Source of the DNA: Myxococcales bacterium
GTDB lineage: Bacteria; Myxococcota_A; Polyangia; Fen-1088
NCBI GenBank assembly: GCA_031423255.1
Contig: JANPFD010000253.1
Location: forward strand, 14,941-78,940
Length of the DNA stretch: 64,000 nucleotides
Direction: 5' to 3'
The notes below the pieces were generated by a model. It was not told the DNA's origin. It did not search any database and saw nothing but the letters and a program-made list of their open reading frames with translations. Shown piece after piece: positions 57,328-64,000 of this stretch (position 1 is its first letter; each line of letters begins with the position of its first letter). Both the position numbers and the translations under genes were made by a program.

Positions 57328-58313
57328 GGGTTCCTCCTGAGCAAGGAGAGCATCTTGCGAGAGAAGCTGGAAAGCGGCAATGCCTGAACGTCAGTCAGCG
57401 ATACCCAGCGCCCTGCAGGAATGTCCACGACCTTGCGGACACGCACCCGCAGGACGCGCGCGGTCACGTCGCGGTGGGTGAAGATGTGCCGGATCGTTCC
57501 CACCTCACGCAGATCACCAAGACGCGCACGCCGCACGTCCTCGACGAGCGGAAGCGCCCACGTGCCGGCGAGCAACTCGCCCTCTTGCCGCTTGACCAGC
57601 AGCACGCGGCCGCCTTTCTCGACGGCAACGCAATCGAGCCGCACCACCTTCTTGGCGCGACGGGGGAGCCTCGCCGGGATCCGATCGGTGAGCGCTTGGC
57701 CCTTGCAGAACCGGGCGACGGGACATTCGCCGCAACGCGGGTTCGCGGTCACACACACCCGGGCGCCCAGCTCCATCACCGCCTGCGCAAAGTCGCCGGC
57801 ACGCCGCGCCGGGACCAGCGTCTGCCCGCGCGCGCGAAGATCCTCGCGCACGGCGGGCCTGTCGATGGGATCCGCGACGGCGAACAGCCGGGCGGCGACG
57901 CGGGCGGCGTTCCCGTCGAGCGCAAAGGTGCGGCGGCCGAAGGCGATGGCGGCAATCGCCGCCGCGGTGTACGAACCCACGCCAGGCAGCGCGAGCAAGG
58001 TCTCCTCGTCGGCCGGCAGCTCACCGCCGTGCTCCGCGACCACGGCGCGCGCCGCCCGGTGCAGGTTGCGCGCACGCCGGTAGTAGCCGAGGCCGGACCA
58101 GTGGGTCAGCACCTCGTCTTCGGTCGCGGCTGCGAGCGATCCGAGATCCGGGAACCTGGCGATGAAGCGCTCGAAGTACGGCACCACCGTGGCCACGACC
58201 GTCTGCTGCAGCATGAACTCGGACACCAGCGTGCCGTAGGGGCTGGGCGAGCGGCGCCACGGCAGGTCTCGGCGGACCTGGTCGTACCAGCGCAACAGGG
58301 ACCGAGCGAACAT
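57324..58313 (-). CDS. mutY: A/G-specific adenine DNA glycosylase
   Basis: Start ATG 58313 (MFARSLLRWYDQVRRDLPWR). HhH-GPD blocks LVSEFMLQQT and GLGYYRRARNL. Fe-S cluster loop CVTANPRCGECPVARFC. C-terminal NUDIX-like domain. Confidence 0.9.
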   Translation of the reverse strand: MFARSLLRWYDQVRRDLPWRRSPSPYGTLVSEFMLQQTVVATVVPYFERFIARFPDLGSLAAATEDEVLTHWSGLGYYRRARNLHRAARAVVAEHGGELPADEETLLALPGVGSYTAAAIAAIAFGRRTFALDGNAARVAARLFAVADPIDRPAVREDLRARGQTLVPARRAGDFAQAVMELGARVCVTANPRCGECPVARFCKGQALTDRIPARLPRRAKKVVRLDCVAVEKGGRVLLVKRQEGELLAGTWALPLVEDVRRARLGDLREVGTIRHIFTHRDVTARVLRVRVRKVVDIPAGRWVSLTDVQALPLSSFSRKMLSLLRRNP

Positions 58314-58341
58314 CGGCCGCCGAGTGTAGTACAACGAGCAG

Positions 58342-59376
58342 GTGGCCAGTGACGACGACCTGATCGCCGCCATCGATCGCGGAAAAGTCGATCCGGTCTA
58401 CTGCCTGCACGGCGCCGAGCGGTTCCTGGTCGACCGCTGCGTCCACGCGCTTCGCGCCGCGGTGGTCGGCGCCAGCGGAGCCGGGCTGAACTTCGATACC
58501 TTCGAGTTGAAAGAAACGGGGCTACGGCCAGCGCTTGCCGCGGCGCAGACGCTGCCGATGTTCGCCAAGCGGCGGCTGGTGCTGGGCCGCGGGATCGACA
58601 CGCTGAAGGCGGACGAGCTGGAACCGCTCCCCGCGTACGTGGCCAGCCCGAACCCCAGCACCTGCCTGGTGCTGATCGGCGACAAGGTCGACGGCCGGCT
58701 CCGGGCGTTCCTGGCGCTGCGCAAGGCCGGCTACTTGCACGAGTTCCCACGCCTGCGCGACCGCGAGGTGCCAGCCTGGATCCAGCGCGAAGCGGCGGCC
58801 CGTAAGATCCCCCTCGATGGTGACGGCGCCCAGGCGCTGGCGGAGGCGGCTGGGGCGGACCTGGGCCGCCTGGCGCAGGCGCTGGAGCAGGTCGCCATTT
58901 ACGTCGGCCCGAGCGAGAAGATCCGCCGCAGCCACGTCGAGGAGCTGATCGCCGAGACCCGCGAACGCGGCGTCTTCGAGCTGACCAAGGCGATCGGCGA
59001 CGGCGATCCGGTGCGGGCGCTGACTCTGCTGGCAAACATGCTGCGGAACCGCGAGCCCCCACTGCGGATCCAGTACATGCTGGCGCGGCAGCTCAGGCAG
59101 ATCTGGCGCGCCAAGGAGCTGCAGGCCGCGGGCGCCGGCCGCCAGGAGATTGCCTCCGCCGTGGGCATCGCGCCGTTCTTCATCGACGACGTGCTGACGC
59201 CGGCGCGGCGGATGAGCGAGACCGCGCTCCACCGCAGCTTCCAGCGCCTTTACCAGGCGGACAAGAGCCTCAAATCGTCGCGGATCGAGCCGGAGCTCCA
59301 GATCTCGCGGCTGGTGCGGCAGCTCGCCGAGGACGCCGCCCCGGCCGCTGCCTCTACTTGGCCGAGAGGGCGTTGA
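58342..59376 (+). CDS. holA: DNA polymerase III delta subunit
   Basis: GTG start. VYCLHGAERFLVD at the N-terminus and the overall length (344 aa) fit HolA. The call rests on pattern similarity only. Confidence 0.75.
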   Translation: MASDDDLIAAIDRGKVDPVYCLHGAERFLVDRCVHALRAAVVGASGAGLNFDTFELKETGLRPALAAAQTLPMFAKRRLVLGRGIDTLKADELEPLPAYVASPNPSTCLVLIGDKVDGRLRAFLALRKAGYLHEFPRLRDREVPAWIQREAAARKIPLDGDGAQALAEAAGADLGRLAQALEQVAIYVGPSEKIRRSHVEELIAETRERGVFELTKAIGDGDPVRALTLLANMLRNREPPLRIQYMLARQLRQIWRAKELQAAGAGRQEIASAVGIAPFFIDDVLTPARRMSETALHRSFQRLYQADKSLKSSRIEPELQISRLVRQLAEDAAPAAASTWPRGR

Positions 59377-59623
59377 CGGCGACGGTCAGGCGCGACACGG
59401 TCCGCGAAGCGGCGCGCGGCTTGATGACGCCCTTCTGACCCGCCCGATCGACCAGACGCGAAGCCGATGCCAGCAGGTCCTTCGCCTGCTTGGCATTCTT
59501 CGCCTCGATGGCGGCCCGGAGCTTCTTCACGGCGTTGCGCATCGCGGATTTGTCCGCGCGGTTACGCGCCTCATGCTTGATGCGCTGCCGGTTCTTCTTT
59601 TGTGCTGAGAGAATGTTGGCCAT
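59354..59623 (-). CDS. rpsT: 30S ribosomal protein S20
   Basis: MANILSAQKKNRQRIKHEARNRADKSAMRNAVKK... is a classic S20 N-terminus. Start ATG 59623 (the track ORF is extended by 15 codons). Confidence 0.95.
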   Translation of the reverse strand: MANILSAQKKNRQRIKHEARNRADKSAMRNAVKKLRAAIEAKNAKQAKDLLASASRLVDRAGQKGVIKPRAASRTVSRLTVAVNALSAK

Positions 59624-59639
59624 GGGTCGAAGGGCCCGG

Positions 59640-59668
59640 ATTTTGATGTCGGGGGCCGGACCTGTCAA
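59640..59668 (-). promoter_or_regulatory. Candidate sigma70 promoter of rpsT (TTGACA-N17-CAAAAT)
   Basis: On the minus strand TTGACA lies at 59668-59663, followed by a 17-nt spacer and CAAAAT at 59645-59640. The rpsT ATG is 16 nt downstream of the -10. Confidence 0.45.
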
Positions 59669-59679
59669 GCTCGGGTTCG

Positions 59680-61158
59680 ATGCGGGGGGTCGCGCTGCTG
59701 CTCGGGATCCTGTTCGTGGCGGCCGCCGGCACCGAGTGGGCCCTGCAGCGGCAGCGCCGCGCAGGCTGGAAACGGCTGGAAGTGACCATGCGCGCAGAGA
59801 TGGAGCATGGGTCCCTCCAGTCGTTGCTGCGCGCCCGCCTGGCCGGCGTGCGGGCCACCCTGGCCGACGATCGCAACCCGACCGTCAATGGCCACCTAGC
59901 CTTCATCGACGCACTGCTCACCCACATTTATGGGCTGCCCCTCGAAGCGGAAGCCCACGCGGCGCTCGACCGGGCATCGACCAGCTGGGGGCCCGAGAGT
60001 GAGGCCGCCCGCGCCCTGATTGCTCTGCGACGCGGCGATCGAGCCGCCGCCGAACGGATCGCGAGCGCTGCCACGCACAGAGCCCCGGCCGCCGTCGAGC
60101 CGTTGTTGGCTTTGGCGGAAGTGCGCAGTGCGGCTGGCGATCTCACCGGCGCTGCACGCTCCCTGAACGCCGCCGTCATCGTGGCGCCGACCCAGATCGA
60201 GCCGCGCGTCGCCTGGGCCGAGCTGCGGCTGGAACTCGGCGACCCGGGTGCGGTGCGCGACACCCTGCGTCCTCTGCTGGCAACGGTGCCCGACCATACC
60301 CGTGGCTGGCTCCTCCTGGCGGAGGCCGAACTGGCACTCGGAGGCCCGCAGGATGGGCCTGCGCTGGAGGAGGGCTGCCGTCGTGACGGCGCCGTCTCAT
60401 CGACCGTCGCCGCCGGTTGCGCGATGCTGGCCGCGGAGCGCGAACGGATGGCGATGCGTCCCGCGGCGATGCACACGGCGCTGGCGCACGCGACCCAGCT
60501 CGCTCCCCAGGTCCGTTCGGCGCGGCTGCTGGCGCGGACCGCGCAGCTGCAGGCCCAGCTCGGACGGGTGGACGAAGCAGACCGCCTCGCCCGGCAGGCG
60601 GCGACCCTCGCCAGTTCCGAGTTGCCCAACCTGGCGTGGGCGCAGGTGGCCTTGGCCCTGGGACGCGGACACTCACCCGAGCGCCCGCCGGCACTGCCTG
60701 TCCTGGGCCCGGAGAGCGCGGTCCTATCCGCACGCACCGCCTTCGCCATCGGAGGCGCCGGAGCGCTGGCCGATGCGCTGGCGGAGCTGTCGCCGGCCCT
60801 GCGAGCGCATCCGGATCTCGCCGTGCTCGCTCCTCTCGGCCTGCCGTCATCCCAAGTGCCTGCCGACAGCGGGCCGCTCGGCAGCTACGTGGCGGGCGTG
60901 CTGGCGCGGCTGGCCGGCGACCTGCCTACCGCAGCCGGGCACCTTGCTCGGGCACTGGACGGTCACGGAGACGCCTGCCGGGCAGCCGGCGAGTACGTGG
61001 CCACGCTGCACGAACTTCACCGTCTGCCGGAGGCCGGCCTCCTGGATCCGCTGCGCGCCGTGAACGCCGACTGCGTGAACCTGCCAGGCGCCGGCGCGCC
61101 CGAAGTCGAACCCGGGCGGCGGCGGCGTCCGGTCAGTCGCGCGCTTCGCGGTGGATGA
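59680..61158 (+). CDS. Membrane-anchored Ala/Leu/Arg-rich helical-repeat (TPR-like) protein
   Basis: N-terminal TM VALLLGILFVAAAG, then repeated helix pairs (AARALIALRRGDRAAAERIA, LAEVRSAAGDLTGAARSLNAAV, ...). There is no better-supported alternative frame. Confidence 0.55.
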   Translation: MRGVALLLGILFVAAAGTEWALQRQRRAGWKRLEVTMRAEMEHGSLQSLLRARLAGVRATLADDRNPTVNGHLAFIDALLTHIYGLPLEAEAHAALDRASTSWGPESEAARALIALRRGDRAAAERIASAATHRAPAAVEPLLALAEVRSAAGDLTGAARSLNAAVIVAPTQIEPRVAWAELRLELGDPGAVRDTLRPLLATVPDHTRGWLLLAEAELALGGPQDGPALEEGCRRDGAVSSTVAAGCAMLAAERERMAMRPAAMHTALAHATQLAPQVRSARLLARTAQLQAQLGRVDEADRLARQAATLASSELPNLAWAQVALALGRGHSPERPPALPVLGPESAVLSARTAFAIGGAGALADALAELSPALRAHPDLAVLAPLGLPSSQVPADSGPLGSYVAGVLARLAGDLPTAAGHLARALDGHGDACRAAGEYVATLHELHRLPEAGLLDPLRAVNADCVNLPGAGAPEVEPGRRRRPVSRALRGG

Positions 61159-61164
61159 GCGGTC

Positions 61165-61998
61165 TCACTGCGGCGCGGCCGGGTCGGCACCGTGCGCGGT
61201 GCCCTCACCGTCGCTGCGGTCGCGCCCGTAATCGGTCCAGAACGAGCGCTCGTCACGCACATCGACGTGTACGAACTGCGACACGGGGTAGTACCCCACG
61301 CCCTTGACCCCCATCGACACCACCAGCTCGCGCACCATCAAGGGGGTCATCCCCGGGATGCGGATGTCTGCCGCCATCCCGCGCGTGTGGTAGCTGAGAT
61401 CAGCGGCCGAGAACATCGGCGCGCGGAAGCCCGACACCAGCAGGATCTTCTGTTTCGTGCGCTGAGAGATCCGGTACAGCAGCTCGGCCAGGCGCGGGTC
61501 CATCGGAGTCTCGGCGCCCGTGCGCTGGCAACGCATCAGGTGGCGCAATGAACGGTACGACGCCGGGTCCACCTCGCCCGTTGCGAGATCCAGCTTCACC
61601 TCGACCTGCTCGCCGGTGTTCACAGATTCGATGATGAAGCGACCGGACGCGCCGCTGGGCTTGCGGAACGCGTTCGTGGCCGCCGGGGCCACCGTCGCGG
61701 GAAGCGGGTGCGCGGCGACGGTCCCCGCGGCCGCCACCATCCGCGACACCTGCCCCTCCAGCTCATTCACCGATGTCCCGAGCCGGAACGAGGTGAAGCT
61801 CATGACCATCGTCACGAGCAGAAGCACGATCGCGGCGCCCGCCACCACCACCGGCAATGTCCGGGGCAACACCACCGCTCGTACCGGCCGCTTCGGATCG
61901 CCGGTGATGACGATGCGGAACGGCTCGTGCCTGGCCGACGCCTGCTTCTTCCGGATCCGCTCCAGCGCTTCGGTCGCCCGGTCGCGCGGATGCACCAT
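61165..61998 (-). CDS. DUF882 / peptidase M15A (YcbK/MepK-like) protein with a cytoplasmic N-tail and a single TM
   Basis: N-tail of about 45 aa, TM LPVVVAGAAIVLLLVTMVMSF, then FIIESVNTGEQVEV, LLVSGFRAP, HTRGMAADIRIPG and GVGYYPVSQFVHVDVR (zinc ligands H, D, H). Confidence 0.85.
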   Translation of the reverse strand: MVHPRDRATEALERIRKKQASARHEPFRIVITGDPKRPVRAVVLPRTLPVVVAGAAIVLLLVTMVMSFTSFRLGTSVNELEGQVSRMVAAAGTVAAHPLPATVAPAATNAFRKPSGASGRFIIESVNTGEQVEVKLDLATGEVDPASYRSLRHLMRCQRTGAETPMDPRLAELLYRISQRTKQKILLVSGFRAPMFSAADLSYHTRGMAADIRIPGMTPLMVRELVVSMGVKGVGYYPVSQFVHVDVRDERSFWTDYGRDRSDGEGTAHGADPAAPQ

Positions 61999-62003
61999 GA
62001 CGG

Positions 62004-62393
62004 CTAAGAGACGGAAGTCAGCCGCGGCTTCGCGGCGTCGTCACCCATGCGGCTCGTGCCACGGAACACCGCCCCGGGTTCGATGCGCAGGCTCTTGGCC
62101 GCGATGTCCCCCTCGACCTTTCCGCTCGCCAGGATCTCGAGGTGTCCCGTGCAGGAGACGTTGCCGATCACCTGGCCGGCAATCACCACGTCGTTGCCCC
62201 GCACATCGCCTCTCACCACCCCGGATTCCCCGATCACCACCGAGGCCTTCGATTCCAGCGAACCCTCGACCGTGCCGTCGATCCGGAAGGCGCCCTCGGC
62301 CTTCATGTCACCGTGCATCGTGGCCGACCGGCCCAGCACGTTCTCGATCTGATCCGCCGACCGCCCTTGCGGCTTCTTCGAGCCCCATCCCAT
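62004..62393 (-). CDS. Bactofilin
   Basis: 129 aa. Repeated beta-helix windings: FRIDGTVEGSLES.ASVVIGESGVVRGDVRGNDVVIAGQVIGNVSCTGHLEILASGKVEGDIAAKSLRIEPGAVFRG. Disordered N- and C-tails. Confidence 0.9.
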   Translation of the reverse strand: MGWGSKKPQGRSADQIENVLGRSATMHGDMKAEGAFRIDGTVEGSLESKASVVIGESGVVRGDVRGNDVVIAGQVIGNVSCTGHLEILASGKVEGDIAAKSLRIEPGAVFRGTSRMGDDAAKPRLTSVS

Positions 62394-62434
62394 GACCCCG
62401 GATTCATCGCGGATCGGGGCCGAAACTTGAGACC

Positions 62435-63385
62435 CTAGAGTTCTAGGCCCTTGCTCGCTTTCCCTTTTGAATCCTGGGGCTTCTTCTCTGGCTCGGACGG
62501 CGGACCACCGCGCACCGCGCCGCCGCCGACGCTGGGGACGGTCGGGTCCTCGCCCGCCGGCTTGCGCGCCGACTTGCCGGTCACGCGATCGATCACGTCG
62601 TCGTTCACGTCCGTCGTGCTGGTCTCCTTGCCGGTGACCGCGTCGATCAGCGCGTCCGCACGTTCGCCCTTGGCGTTCGCCTTGCGCACCGCCGCCTGCC
62701 TCTCCTCGATCGAGCCGTCATACAGCACGAGGCAGAAGACGTCGTAGAAACCCGAGCGGTCGACGAGGCGCAGGCCATCCCCGCGTGCCGCCCAGACGTA
62801 GTGATCCAGTTTCTTGTGCGCCCCCCCCTTCACCTTCACCTCGACGTTCACCTCGCGGCCCTTGCCGAAGCGTGCCTGCATCATCTTGCCGAAGTCGGAG
62901 AAGCCCTTGCCCTGCAGCATCTCCTTGTCGAAGGCGATGAACATCTTGTACAGCTTGTCCTCGACGAAGAAGAAGTAGCGGCTGGCGCTCTCTTCCTTGG
63001 CCGCCAGCATCGACTCGCCGGCCTTGTGGGTGAATTCCTGGTCGATGATCGAGACGTCGTAGCCCGTCTTCTTGCCGTCGAACTTCACGATGCTGTGCTT
63101 CCGCGCCCGGTCGACCTCCGCCATCATCTCCTTGCGGATGCGGTCGTACTTGGTCGGGTCCTGGGCTGTCGCCTTCAGGCGGGCGTCGTAAGTGGCTTCC
63201 AGCTTCTCGACGACCTTGGCCATCACCTCGTCGGGCGACATGCCCCACTTGAACTGGCCCTTGAGCTTCTCGATCTCCTGCGAGGAGGCCGCCGGTCCGG
63301 CAGCGGCTACCTTCTTCTTGGCAGCCCGCGCCCCCGAGGGCATCACGGCGACGGCGAGCATCAGCCCGAAAACCAGGGTTTTCAT
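62435..63385 (-). CDS. Secreted Lys/Glu-rich hypothetical protein (316 aa)
   Basis: Sec signal MKTLVFGLMLAVAVMPSGARA. No recognisable motif. Lies between the M15A and bactofilin genes on the same strand. Confidence 0.7.
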   Translation of the reverse strand: MKTLVFGLMLAVAVMPSGARAAKKKVAAAGPAASSQEIEKLKGQFKWGMSPDEVMAKVVEKLEATYDARLKATAQDPTKYDRIRKEMMAEVDRARKHSIVKFDGKKTGYDVSIIDQEFTHKAGESMLAAKEESASRYFFFVEDKLYKMFIAFDKEMLQGKGFSDFGKMMQARFGKGREVNVEVKVKGGAHKKLDHYVWAARGDGLRLVDRSGFYDVFCLVLYDGSIEERQAAVRKANAKGERADALIDAVTGKETSTTDVNDDVIDRVTGKSARKPAGEDPTVPSVGGGAVRGGPPSEPEKKPQDSKGKASKGLEL

Positions 63386-63403
63386 CCCTGATTTTTACCA
63401 CGA

Positions 63404-64000
63404 TCAGGGTGTGTCTGCCGGCTCCTCGCCCTCGCGGTCGATCCAGGAGCGGTCGTTCTTGGTCGGCTTGAACGTGTCGATGCGCCCGGTCAGGACGTCC
63501 GCCTTCGGATCGTTTGAATAAAGTGCCGTCTCGCCAGGTCCTGAATAGTCGATCCAGAAGGCGGACACCCCCTTGCGCACGTCCAGGTGGACGAACGATG
63601 AGTTGGGGTAGTAGCCGACGCCAACGTGCTTGAACGTGCGGCGCAGGTAGTCGCGCAACTCGGTGTTGGCGATGCCGTGGACGCGGAAATCGGCGGCCAG
63701 CCCCTTCATGTGCGGGCTGCGGGGATTCTTGGCGACCGTACGGCCGCGGTACCCAGAGACGACTTCGAGGCGCCGGCCGGGGTAGTGCTGACCGACAGCA
63801 AACAAGAGGCGCATCAGCCGGGGGTTCATCTTCCCCTGATTGTTCGAGTGATGACACCGGAAGAAACGATCGAGCCGCTTCTGCACGCCGGTGATCGGCC
63901 GCCCGCGGTCGTCCACGAAGCGCATGCGGATCGACTCGCGGCGGTTCACCTGGAAGAGGACCACCGACTTGGGCTTCGGCGGGACCTTTTTCTTGACGGG
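63404..64000 (-). CDS. DUF882 / peptidase M15A (YcbK/MepK-like) protein; 5' end outside the window
   Basis: VVSGYRGR, HMKGLAADFRVHG, GVGYYPNSSFVHLDVR. The reading frame stays open to position 64000, so the track start at 63964 is probably not the real start. Confidence 0.85.
   Translation of the reverse strand, partial: PVKKKVPPKPKSVVLFQVNRRESIRMRFVDDRGRPITGVQKRLDRFFRCHHSNNQGKMNPRLMRLLFAVGQHYPGRRLEVVSGYRGRTVAKNPRSPHMKGLAADFRVHGIANTELRDYLRRTFKHVGVGYYPNSSFVHLDVRKGVSAFWIDYSGPGETALYSNDPKADVLTGRIDTFKPTKNDRSWIDREGEEPADTP

Overview
This is a very high-G+C bacterial chromosome segment. 60-nt samples that I hand-counted in core genes are about 72% G+C. The gene content looks like Myxococcota: an AgmX/GltJ-type tail domain, a Hanks kinase, a bactofilin, many lipoproteins with cysteine-rich repeats, and IPT/TIG and FecR modules. 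The taxon call is inference only.

I call about 58 protein-coding genes and 3 gene remnants. I found no rRNA, tRNA, CRISPR array, transposase or integrase.

Housekeeping blocks:
- aa3-type cytochrome c oxidase cluster (4.9-10.0 kb) with a divergent SCO1 gene
- DAHP synthase, glyA, accD-folC, acs, asd, proS-pyrF-rlmB, mutY, holA, rpsT

Genes are tightly packed, and many neighbours overlap by 1 or 4 nt (ATGA/GTGA/TTGA). Many long ORFs in the supplied track are GC-driven antisense artefacts or carry false N-terminal extensions, so I trimmed starts using homology-like N-termini, 4-nt overlaps and Shine-Dalgarno sequences. Three genes missing from the track were added by eye:
- the edge-truncated gene at 1..1497
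- a 51-codon ORF inside the cox cluster
- a 57-aa Trm112-like gene

Best candidates for undescribed biology:
1. A four-gene module in which a bactofilin sits between two DUF882/peptidase-M15A paralogues (61.2-64.0 kb).
2. A 1225-aa secreted protein built from roughly 55-60 short FP(L/F)(F/Y)W repeats (14.9-18.6 kb).
3. A translationally coupled IPT/TIG lipoprotein, HAMP histidine kinase, FecR protein and Ig-plus-beta-barrel outer-membrane protein operon with no response regulator (38.5-44.2 kb).
4. A decayed accessory patch (27.7-33.1 kb). It holds a truncated lamin-tail gene, an orphan ATP-grasp gene, six phased 42-nt palindromic repeats, a CPBP protease stump, a frameshifted LamG tail and an extreme Cys/Gly-rich lipoprotein.

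All functional calls rest on motif recognition by eye. No database search was run.
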